A stretch of 55,005 bases of DNA, taken from NCBI GenBank assembly GCA_963575745.1, contig CAUYUJ010000191.1, positions 62,001 through 117,005 on the forward strand, in the 5' to 3' direction. Positions 13,701 through 22,283 of this stretch are shown here, in pieces. A program made the translations under genes and the position numbers. Source of the DNA: Prorocentrum cordatum. Lineage: Eukaryota. How positions within the stretch are numbered: the first letter of the stretch is position 1; each line of letters begins with the position of its first letter. The notes beneath the pieces are model-generated. The model had not been told where the DNA came from. It saw only the letters and a list, made by a program, of their open reading frames with translations, and made no database searches.

Positions 13701-15092
13701 CCATGCGGGCAGGCAGCTGAAGCTGCCCCGCATGGCGAGGGCGCTGCAGGGCTGGCGGGGGCTGGTGCGGCCGCTGGCGTGGGCGCCGGCGCCTTGGGCG
13801 GCGCTAGCGGCCCTCGCGGTGGCCCTGATCGACCTCGGCCAGCGGCGAGCGGCCCTCGGCGTGACGCTCGCGGCGGACGCCTACCTGCGCCCGAGGGAGC
13901 TGCTGACCCTCCGGGCGGACCACAGGGTGCTGGCGCAGCCGCGTGCTGGGGGCGACTACCGCTTCACGTCCCTGGAGCTGAGGCCCAAAAAGGAGCTGCA
14001 GTCAGCCACGACCAAGGGCTTCAGCGACTCGATCCTGCTCAACAGCCCCGCAAAATCTTCTGTCGGGCCCCGGCTGGAGCAGATCGTTTCCCAGTCGCAG
14101 CCGGTGGATCTCCTCTCTCCATGGTCGGGCGCGGACTTCAATGCCATGTTCAAGGTAGCAGCCGCGCTCTTCGGTCTCAAGAGCTGGGAGTTGACGCGCC
14201 GCCGGGCCTCGCTCCACCGCGGCCGACAATTGCTGCTGGCCGAGGCCGACCAGCTGCTCGTGGGCGCCCTGGGCGACGGGCGCACCAACGGCTTCGCGCG
14301 GCGGCTCCAAGACGTGAGCCTCGTGTGACTCCGTCTCAGCCTAGTGCGCAGGCCAGGCCGCTTGTTTTGGAGCTTTTTTCAGGAAAGGGAGGGCTCGCGG
14401 CTTCGCTGCAGCGGCGGGGCTGGAGAGCACGCACATGGGACATCAGAGATAGTGCCTCGCAGGACTTGAGCAAAGAAAGGTCCATTCGTGCAGTGCTACA
14501 GCTTGTGCCGCAGGCCAAATGGGTCCATTTAGGCGCGCCGTGCGCAAGTTTTTCAGGAGCGCGCCGGGGCAAACCAGGCTCTCCAGGGGGCCCGCTGCGC
14601 TCTTGTCAATTTCCCTGCGGTCTCCCAAGCCTTTCAGGAGCTGACGCCCAAAAGGTCAAAATAGGCAATCAGCTGCTACGAACCTCAATTCGTATCATCA
14701 GAGCTTGCGTCCGTCATCGAGTGCCAGTGTCCTTGGAGAATCCACGTAGGTCCTGGCTGTGGAGGCAGCCAGGACTAGCACGCCTGTTGTGCCATGCGTC
14801 CCTCACGCACACAGTCTATTGTAAATGTGGAATGCCGTGGCGGAAGGAAACTACCCTAGCATGCTGGGACAACAAAAAAGGATTGTTGTCGCCGCTCGCC
14901 GCTCAGTGTGCCAATATCGTGTGTGTGTTTTCCAAGAAACCACATCAAATCCTTGAGGGCAGAGCTCCCGGAGGCCGTCTGTGGACACAAGTCGCCGAGC
15001 CCTATCCGCCCCGCCTGCTGCAGCAATGGTCACAACTAATTCACGAATCGCATTTGGAGAAGGTGCCGCCTCAACCGCCAGATCGCATATAG
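10782..15092 (+). CDS. Pol: reverse transcriptase - RNase H - linker - C5-cytosine methyltransferase-like domain (1436 aa)
   Basis: RT: GVFFVRKKSGRLRLIVDARAVN, QDIADCFYQ, LPMGFAWA, YVDN (11853), LGLELD. DIRS-type RNase H: CSDAT, IHLKELRAV, LCDN, WVASELNPADEPSR. MTase from ~14361: LELFSGKGG (motif I), GAPC (IV), ENP (VI), PWRKET (VIII-like). Confidence 0.9.
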   Translation: MVPRDLLPLPSVPVPPARGVRSLPRRAAQRIGRRSAVGRRVNDCIAALNNLYGEGDFCSKARPSEAQFSAVDMLWQAVSDDKPPDNAPSPEAALVELLGTGSLGYGSDGPTVVAPYDRGLVSWPESAGCVSLLEVLPEPDRQEVIDGKNSMMLRAEEVRPGATKVYWDKTLQSNADEYLRFVQDLLDRGMVELRTRREFEVGVFFVRKKSGRLRLIVDARAVNQALKRPPTIHMASTAALVNMEVEGGAQLEFSIQDIADCFYQFRVPDYMVPWFGMRPSSARQLGVKVVDGLAVSEGAWVYPCLRVLPMGFAWAMRWTQQAHRELLRRGGLGGIESELVDRQIAPSVDSPQVPRVVYVDNENFVSSRPGATRCARRQAAMVMAEAGLPLHEVEESKTVVEALGLELDGIKLRARLARAKRWRLGLGTQALLRRRRVAGREVEQMIGHFTHAMLLNRPALCVFRSAYDFARKHCRAPVPLWPSVRQELANALHLMPLLAVQFDLPWSGRVTCSDATLRGYAAQEADMEPSAVREVGRWSERWRFRIQSTLRPREAALLEREGESQHGRPLPPPPPGLPSVDPMGPRGLHRVHPAMPLRVLEGLSGAPRRQALRDLPLAGALGAAGAAAEGCWGEESGYPAGFLGDLIDGDVDISINQEFPEIPEGFISEGSWRTIQARRYHRREAIHLKELRAVLFGWRRKCRQARYHRHRHLFLCDNMGMVLGLERGRAVSPPVLFQLRKWAALSLASFSRASVRWVASELNPADEPSRWFDSPAEKAAAAALDAWRRRPAGEAAEACSSASREGWRARAWRPPAREGTAEERRLAREPRAPAPPPACPSPCGQSGGGPGILDRATAAFIDEVSPIPRAPPRPPSPAGVRASDRGGEGACGRDWWARDAGAGGHHPSDEAGLREKAGSVRRLLQDPRAHHGERRRVEEGRGGVHGAAFQPGRAVEQRGQAAGRDKASRPRAAPCGQAAEAAPHGEGAAGLAGAGAAAGVGAGALGGASGPRGGPDRPRPAASGPRRDARGGRLPAPEGAADPPGGPQGAGAAACWGRLPLHVPGAEAQKGAAVSHDQGLQRLDPAQQPRKIFCRAPAGADRFPVAAGGSPLSMVGRGLQCHVQGSSRALRSQELGVDAPPGLAPPRPTIAAGRGRPAARGRPGRRAHQRLRAAAPRREPRVTPSQPSAQARPLVLELFSGKGGLAASLQRRGWRARTWDIRDSASQDLSKERSIRAVLQLVPQAKWVHLGAPCASFSGARRGKPGSPGGPLRSCQFPCGLPSLSGADAQKVKIGNQLLRTSIRIIRACVRHRVPVSLENPRRSWLWRQPGLARLLCHASLTHTVYCKCGMPWRKETTLACWDNKKGLLSPLAAQCANIVCVFSKKPHQILEGRAPGGRLWTQVAEPYPPRLLQQWSQLIHESHLEKVPPQPPDRI
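13460..14328 (+). pseudogene. Tyrosine recombinase in a frame overlapping pol, apparently lacking its catalytic C-terminus
   Basis: Frame of ORF 12721-14328 gives TQATRQDYERRLDRF (N-terminal domain), DAYLRPRELL (catalytic Arg box) and TTKGFSDSI (Lys). No clear LRH/HxxR, GRW or catalytic Tyr follows GLKSWELT. Confidence 0.75.
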
Positions 15093-15103
15093 TGGCGGTT
15101 GTT

Positions 15104-15476
15104 GGCAAGATTTGAGCTAGCTCGAAGATGCTGGCTCGCGTTCGGTCGCATTCGAGTTGCATGCTGCCCTGCGAGAATCATCTGTTCTGGCCCCAGGAAA
15201 AGATGGGCATGTAGCAGCGTTGTGAAACAGAGCCCGTGGAGTGTAACAGAGCGTGCAATGCTAATATTTTCCGCCTGGCCGCACTTCGGCTCAAGCGGTT
15301 TTTCTCGAGCCCTAAGCCAACCCACTGCGTGCCTCTTCAGTCTAGATGTATATCTGATGCGTAAGCTGCGGCAAGATTTGAGCTAGCTCGAAGATGCTGG
15401 CTCGCGTTCGGTCGCATTCGAGTTGCATGCTGCCCTGCGAGAATCATCTGTTCTGGCCCCAGGAAAAGATGGGCAT
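15104..15476 (+). repeat. 3' terminal repeat block B1(15104-15210)-A2(15211-15309)-spacer-B2(15370-15476)
   Basis: ggcaagatttgagctagctcg...aggaaaagatgggcat occurs twice; B1 directly abuts A2. Confidence 0.95.
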
Positions 15477-15596
15477 CCTCCTCCTCCTCCCCCTCCTCTT
15501 CCTCCTCCTCCTCCTCCTCCTCCTCCTCCTCCTCCTCCTCCTCCTCCTCCCCCTCCTCCTCCTCCTCCTCCTCCTCCCCCTCCTCCTCCTCCTCCT
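15477..15596. repeat. (CCT)n microsatellite, right half of the insertion target (left half 9416-9443)
   Basis: cctcctcct tracts immediately flank both element ends. Confidence 0.9.
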
Positions 15597-15641
15597 GCCC
15601 TCGCGGCTGCCGCCGAGACCGCGAGAGGGGCCGCGCCGCAG

Positions 15642-15679
15642 GAGCAGCTGCGCACCACCTGCGGCTTCTTCAAGACCAG
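15642..15679 (+). CDS. Host CCCH zinc-finger protein, internal exon (EQLRTTCGFFKT-R)
   Basis: Acceptor gcAG|G and donor AG|GA. Encodes the typical inter-finger linker ending in F-K-T; phase-compatible with both neighbouring exons. Confidence 0.7.
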
Positions 15680-15845
15680 GAGCCCGCCCGGGGGGGGGGG
15701 GTGCCGGCGAGGGAGCGGCCCCCGAAGGGCGGCCGCCGCCCCCAGCGGAGGCCGCCCGGGCGAGCGCGCGGCCTGCGCCCAGAGGTCTGGGCATCCAATG
15801 ACGGGGTCCGAGCGGGGCGGGTCCGGGGTATTCGCGGGCCGAGCG

Positions 15846-16017
15846 AAAGGGGGGGATGGGGAAAGGGGGGTTACGAAGTCTGCTGCATGCAGCTGGTTTC
15901 GGCCCTGCCGCCGCGCTCATTTCTCGATACATGGGCGCCTCCCGGCGCCGGGAGGCGCCAGGAAAATTAGCTACGTGAGCTGACTCTCAAACCCCCCCTT
16001 TGCTATCCCCCCCTTTT
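15846..16017. repeat. ~170-bp segment bounded by imperfect ~27-bp inverted repeats (MITE-like)
   Basis: aaagggggggatggggaaaggggggtt (15846-15872) versus aaacccccccctttgctatccccccctttt (15989-16017). Confidence 0.4.
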
Positions 16018-16302
16018 GCCCGGCCCGATATTCATGGCCGAGGTCGGTTCGGGGAGGGTACCCTGGTGTTGGTCGTGTTTGTTGGATGCTGTCGTGCGTT
16101 CTGGGGGAGGGCGCCCTGGATTGGTCTTCAGTCTGGACGGCGGAGGGCCTCGTGTTGTTGGAATGGGGTCGAGCCGCAGACGGGGTCGGAGGATCGAGCC
16201 GCATCGTCGATGCATTGGCGATGCGGCGCGATGTAGAATCAAGTGTTCTCCACCGATGCATCGGCGGTGCATCGGCGATGCCGTGCGATCCTCCGACCCC
16301 AT

Positions 16303-16400
16303 CTCCCTTCGGGCATCATGCAGTAGTACAATTAGAACGATATCGAGAAGATTCGCATGGCCCCTGCGCAAGGGTGACACGCGCACGCCGTCATCGAGAA
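16303..16400 (+). pseudogene. Degenerate U6 snRNA copy
   Basis: cccttcggg...aattagaacgatatcgagaagattcgcatggcccctgcgcaagggtgacacgc...atcgagaa aligns with canonical U6 AATTGGAACGATACAGAGAAGATTAGCATGGCCCCTGCGCAAGGATGACACGC. The ACAGAGA box and the AGC triad are both mutated. Confidence 0.85.
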
Positions 16401-17417
16401 TAAAAGAACCCCTAAACCTAATAACATATTAATGGACACGTGGCCTCACTGAGGTCCCCGTCTTGGCATTAAGGATAATAATTTTGGGCGGCTTGGTCTG
16501 ATACATCTGCAGAGAAGGACCCCCTATCCCTCATGTTTTTGGCCCTCCTAACTTAGGTCCCCTCCCAAAGGGTCAGGGGTCCTTTTTTGGTTCATCACGC
16601 CGAGAAGTGCACACCGTCTGCTCGGGCCCCACTCGGGAGGCCTCCCGAGTGGCGGGCTGCGCGCAGGAGGCCCGGCGGTGCCAGGCCTGCGGTCCGCGCA
16701 CAGTCGCGCCCCGCCACCGGCAGGGGCTCTCGCCAGTGGCCGGTGCAGCGCCGCGGAGGATCGGCGGTCCGCGGAAGGGGTGCGGGCCTGCTCCTCCTCC
16801 TCCTCTTTTTTCTCCTCCCCTTCATCCCCCTCCTCCTCCTCCACCTCCTCCTCCTCGCCCTCCAGGCCGATGTTCCTGTCGCTACTGCGTCGTCAAAAAG
16901 GTGCTCAGGCCATGGTCCACGGCACGAGTTTGCCTGTTGCTTGTGCGGTGTGCCCGGTTTTTGCCCAGTGACATTTTGAATCGCGCTGCTATGGTGGCAC
17001 CTGTGGGTTGTGTGCGATGTCGCAAAAGAGGGTGCGGGGCCCAGGGCACGTGTGGCTTTGGGATTTTCTGGATGCTTTCAGAGGCCCCGCCTGCTGTAAA
17101 CGTTCGTGAAACGACGGTATCTCCTGTGGCTGCACACTGCATGATGGACAAGAGTCTGCACGGACACAATCGCCCTCACGGCACTGTCTGTGGCTGGAAC
17201 GAGGGTGTGTGGAGGATTGCGAGTGGGAAGCGACCGCTGCTCATTTTTGTTCAAAGTTTCCCTATCTCATGTGACCCGCACGTGCCCTGTCCATTCTGGA
17301 ATTCTCTGGAGAAGCTTTCAGAGGCTCCGCGTGTGGTAAGCGTTCGTGAGATGGCGGTATCTCGTTTGGCCGCACACTGCATGCTATAGAGGAGTTTGTA
17401 GGAGAACAGCAGCCCTC

Positions 17418-17561
17418 ATGATCATGATCATGATAACGACGGTGATGATGATAATGATGCTGACGGTGGTGGTGGTGGTGGTGATGATATTGATGATGGT
17501 GACGGTGATGATGATGATGATGGTGGTGATGGTGACGATTATGGTGATGATTATGATGACC

Positions 17562-17602
<41 letters not shown>

Positions 17603-17912
17603 AACCATGATGATGATGATGATGATGACGATGATGATGCTGCTGCTGATGATGATGATGACTCGGGTGATCCTTACGATGGCGATGATGGTGGTTGTGA
17701 TGCCGAGGGTGTTGGTGTTGCTCATGATGATGTCAACGACGCTGCTGTGGATGATGATGGTGATGCGGCTGATGATGCTGCTGATGATGATCTTGCTGGT
17801 GGTGGTGATGATGATGATGATGGCGACGAGGACGGTGATGATGATAATGATGATGGTGATGCTGATGATGCTGCTGCTGATAATGATGGGCACGGCGATG
17901 AAGAGTAACAGT

Positions 17913-17963
<51 letters not shown>

Positions 17964-18255
17964 CTGATGCTGATGATGATGATGATAATGCTGATGATGC
18001 TGCTGACGATGATGATGAGGCTGATGCTGGTACCTGCTGCTGCTGATGATGATGATGATGATGATGATGATGAGGTTGCGGGTGATGATGCTGCTGATGC
18101 TGATGCTGCTGATGATGAGTGTTATGATGATGATGTTGATGCTGCTGATGATTGTGATGATGGTGGTGCTGAGGAACAGTCGGATGTGCAGGTTTTGGTC
18201 GATGATGTCTATGGTGGTATAGCGATGGTGTTAACCACGATGGTGATGATGACGA
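17418..18255. repeat. Degenerate (GAT)n/(GCT)n microsatellite
   Basis: gatgatgat with gct/ggt/gac variants. Confidence 0.95.
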
Positions 18256-18302
18256 GGAACAGAAGGAGGAGGGGGTCATGCTTGGGCCTCCCGGTTGGGA
18301 AG

Positions 18303-18372
18303 GATGTGCAATTATGCCCGCAGCGGGAAGTGCCGCTCGGGCGACGCCTGCCGCTTCGCCCACGTGCCCGAG
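18303..18372 (+). CDS. Host CCCH zinc-finger protein, internal exon (R-MCNYARSGKCRSGDACRFAHVPE)
   Basis: Complete C-x7-C-x5-C-x3-H finger. Acceptor gaAG|G completes the split AG|G Arg codon from the previous exon; donor GAG|GA. Confidence 0.78.
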
Positions 18373-19375
18373 GAGCCTCGCGCGCGCGTGCGCGCGGAGG
18401 TCGCGCGCCCCAACCCCTCTGCTTCTGTTGCTGCCATTTGTCCTTGTTCAGAGGAGGGGAATATGCCGATACCGCTACCCGTCCCTCGCCGTCACGGCTG
18501 GGTTCGTGTAGCGTGTCTTGGAGCCGTTCCGGGCTGTTGTTATGGTTCGTGGGAAGCCCGAAGCGGCGAGAACAGCAATATTGAACATTTTTTTCGTATT
18601 GTTTCTTGCTTCTTGGGGCTCTCCAGGAGAGCCTGTCGGATCCCTCTTCGTAATTACTGGGGGCCTCTTTGGCCGCCTGGAGGCCATGTTGGGCGGTGCT
18701 CTTAAGACTACTTGTTTGGGCCGTCTTGCGCCGTACTGGGGTCATCCTGGGCCGTTTTAAAGCCATCTTGGGGCAGCTTGCGGCCATCGTAGGCCCGCGT
18801 GGACGCCCTTCCAAGAGATAATTTGGAGCCCTTCCAAATAGCAGTGGGAACGGGTCGGCCAAGGCCATTCCCCTCAACCGTGCAATCTTGGACCCAGTGG
18901 GGGAAGGGGATTATATGATGGAGGTCTCTCACACGCCTGGACACCCCCAAAGGGGTCGGTGGGTTTGCGCGAGGTGGGCTGAGTTGCATTGCGCTGCACT
19001 GACAACTGCATCCTCAACGCCGTTAGATGGCAGTTCTATCCTGGGGGTTGAGGTTACTTAGCCAGGTGATGTAGATATGTTGCTGGTCATTTACGCCAGG
19101 AGATGAGGGCATCTAGTTCGCGGCTGAAGGCCGCCGGGGCGAAGTTGTTTTATGGCCGTGCTACGGCAGGGGCGGCGATGGTTGCTGGCAGTTTGGGGCC
19201 GCCCGGGACATGTTGCCGGCAGTTGTAGGCCAGGAGTGAGAATTGCCAGCTGTATGCGGCAAGTCCCGCCACCGTGCCAGTCTAGCATTCTCGGTAGCGG
19301 CGGTTCCAGAGGGCACGGGAGGCCGTGGGGTGTAACACTTCGTGTCCTCAGGCCTGGTAGAGCCGTGATGGGGGC

Positions 19376-19464
19376 GCTGCTGCTGCTGCTGCTGCTGATA
19401 CTCATGATGATGCTGATGACGATGTCGTTGATGACGACGGTGATGATGTTGTTGATGATGACGG

Positions 19465-19522
<58 letters not shown>

Positions 19523-20128
19523 ACCTGCTGATGATGATGATACTGATGGTAATGATGCTGATGCTGATGCTGATGCTGATGCTGATCATTCTGATGATGC
19601 TGATGATGACGAGGATGAGGATAACTATGCTGATGATGGTGATGGTGACGACGAGGATGAGGATTAACATGGTGATGGTAATGATAATGCTGATGCTGAC
19701 GATGATGACGATGCTGATGATGATGCTGATGATGCTGATGAGGATGATGGCGGTGTTGATGATACTGATAATGCTGATTCTGATGCTGATGCTGTTGATG
19801 ATGATGATGATGAAGAAGACGGTGATGTTGATGATGATTCTGCTGATGATGATACGGGTGCTGCTGATGACGATGATGCCGATGATGATGACGATGCTGG
19901 CACGGCTGTAGATGCTGATCATGCTGACGATGTTGGTGATGATGCTGCTGATGATGCTGATGATGCTGACGATGATGGTTATGATGATGCTGATGCTGTT
20001 GTTGCTGCTGATGCTGATGATGGTGATGATTCTGATGCTGATAAGTGTGATGATGGCGATGCTGCTGTTGTCGCTGATGATGATGACGACGGCGACGCCG
20101 ATGCTGGTGCTGCTGATGATGCGGCTGG

Positions 20129-20166
<38 letters not shown>

Positions 20167-20356
20167 CTGATGTTGTTGTTGTTGCCGGCGGCGATGAGGA
20201 CGATGCTGCTGCGGTTGTTGACGATGACGATGATGATGACGACGACGACGATATTGAGTATGCTGATGCTCACGATGATGCTGATGCTGCTCATGCTGCT
20301 GCTACTTATGATGCTGATGATGATATGATGATGATGATCATGATGATGATACTGAT

Positions 20357-20387
<31 letters not shown>

Positions 20388-20453
20388 ATGAGGATGCGGA
20401 TGTTCATGATGCTGCTGCTGATGATGATGATGCTGCTGATGATGATGATGCTC

Positions 20454-20495
<42 letters not shown>

Positions 20496-20815
20496 GTGAT
20501 GATGCGGCTGCTGATGATGATGGTGATGATGATGGTGATGATAGTGATAATGCTGCTGCTGATGCTGATTCTGCTGCTGATGCAGCCGCTGCTGATGATT
20601 CTGATAATGATGCTGCTGCTGATGATGATGGTGGTTGTGATGATGCTGATGATGATGAGGAGGAGGAGGAGGAGGAGGAGGATGCTGCTGATGACGATGA
20701 TGATGCTGCTGATGATGATGATGATGATGATGATGATGAGGAGGAGGAGCAAGATGAGCAGGATGAGGAGTAGGAGGAGTAGGAGGAGGAGGAGGAGGCG
20801 GAGGAGGAGGAGGAT
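19376..20815. repeat. Degenerate (GAT)n microsatellite ending in (GAG)n
   Basis: About 1.4 kb of gat/gct repeats. Confidence 0.95.
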
Positions 20816-20899
20816 GAATAATTCGCAGGCATGTCGTCACACGCGACACCTTTTGTCTGCACTTGTTAATGGGCTCTCGTGAAGCTCCTTTTGACAGTC

Positions 20900-21480
20900 T
20901 TTAGGGCTGTCTTTGGGGACAGTGTTGGGGGTCCCTTGGGGCCATCCTGGGCCCTCTTTGGCCGTCTTGGGGCCCTCTTAGCCTGCCTCGGCGCCGTCGT
21001 GTGATCGTGTTGGCGCCGTCTTGGGCAGTCTAAGGCCTAATGGCCTTTAAGACCATCTTGGGTCCCTCTGGAGGCCCTCCTGGGCCTTGTTGGGGCCGTC
21101 TTTGACGCCTCTTGGGCCATCGTGGGGTCTTCTTGGGCCATCTTGGGGTCGTCTTGGGGTTTCTCGGGCTGCCTTGGGGCCATCTTGAAGGCTTCTTGGG
21201 ACGTCTTGAGCTGACGGAAGCCCGAAACGGAGACACCGTGGCAATCAAGCGCATACAAACGAAACATTGATCTACGTTTCTTCGGACCTGGTTTGGGGTC
21301 ATGTTGTGGCCTTGTTGGGCCCTGTTGGAGGCATCTTGTGCCGCCTTGGGCCATCTTGTGCCGCCTTGGAGACATCTTGGGCCGTCTTCGAGGCATCTTT
21401 GGCCATCTTGGCGGTCTTGGTTGTCTGCTTGGGTCGTTTTCGAAGCTCACGAGAGGGGTGGGGGGTCCCTTAAGAAGATC
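20900..21480. repeat. Low-complexity GGCCRTCTTGG-rich dispersed repeat (related tracts at ~18600-18830 and ~40320-40620)
   Basis: Many imperfect copies of ggccgtcttgg/ggccatcttgg. Confidence 0.7.
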
Positions 21481-22022
21481 AGGGAGTCAGGACATTCCGC
21501 TGGCAATTCTAAGTGATTGGGGTGGGGATTTGCCGTTGGAAGCCAGGGGGTAATGATGTTTTGCTGCAAGTTTTCGGCCGCTGGGGTGAGGTTTTTTGTT
21601 GCCGTTCGAAGCAATGATGCTGAAACCGCTGGGGTGAGAGTAGTGGGGCGAATATATTTTGCTGGCAGTTCGAGATGATCGCAGGGGGCGTGGGGGTAGA
21701 GGGTAATATTTGTGGGCAGTTCCAAACAAGGGTTGATTTCGCTTGTCATTTTCTGCCACGGGTTGAGGATCATGTGCTGGACTTGTATAATGCCCTGGTG
21801 GTCGTATTGCGTTGGCAGTGTTCAGCTGATGGGGTGCGGATATATTACTGGCTGCTTAGACCAGGGGAGACGGAGGGTTAGGAGAAAGGGTGGAACACGA
21901 GGAGGATCGGGAGGAGGAGGACGAGGCGGAGGAGGAGGAGAAGGAGGAGGAGGACCAGTGTAAGCCCAAGACGCATCAACGATGTTTTAATAAACCCTCC
22001 CTCCAGGCTCCATCTTCATAGG

Positions 22023-22219
22023 TGTGAATAAAACCCGTGTAATACCCTCATATATACTCCTTATCCTTACCTCTCCTGCGCCTGGCCGTTTGGGCTCAGG
22101 TATTGGGACAGATCGGTCAGACCTTTGATCGTGCAGGAGGGAAAGACATCCATCTATCCCTCCTTCCCTCTACCAACGGATCAGGGGTTCTGTACCCTTG
22201 TACTTCAACCCCACTCACA
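22023..22219 (+). repeat. 5' LTR
   Basis: tgtgaataaaacccgtgt...ccccactcaca, a direct repeat of 39769-39965. Confidence 0.97.
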
Positions 22220-22231
22220 GGTTATCAGCCC
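22220..22231 (+). promoter_or_regulatory. Primer-binding site of half-tRNA (Hemivirus) type, GGTTATCAGCCC
   Basis: Directly abuts the LTR, lacks the TGG of 3'-end tRNA priming, and is one mismatch from GGTTATGAGCCC (complement of the initiator tRNA-Met anticodon stem-loop). Confidence 0.75.
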
Positions 22232-22283
22232 TTTAAAGCTCACCTTCACCGAACCGCACGTTGTGATCTCGCACGCGGTCTCG

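Larger units (their letters stand above)
9444..15476 (+). mobile_element. Tyrosine-recombinase (DIRS superfamily) retrotransposon with split direct repeats (Ngaro/PAT-type A1-ORFs-B1-A2-B2), DNMT-bearing
   Basis: A1 9444-9542 = A2 15211-15309 (99 bp); B1 15104-15210 = B2 15370-15476 (107 bp); both pairs look identical by eye. Internal Gag, RT/RH, YR and MTase coding. (CCT)n on both flanks and no TSD. Confidence 0.92.

Noticed and set aside
9444..15309. Interpreting A1/A2 as ordinary LTRs of a gypsy/copia element
   Set aside because: There are no TG..CA ends, PBS, TSD or DDE integrase. The B1-A2-B2 arrangement and the YR indicate a split-direct-repeat DIRS-superfamily element.
16410..16420. 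ccctaaaccta as an interstitial telomere repeat
   Set aside because: Fewer than two units; expected by chance.
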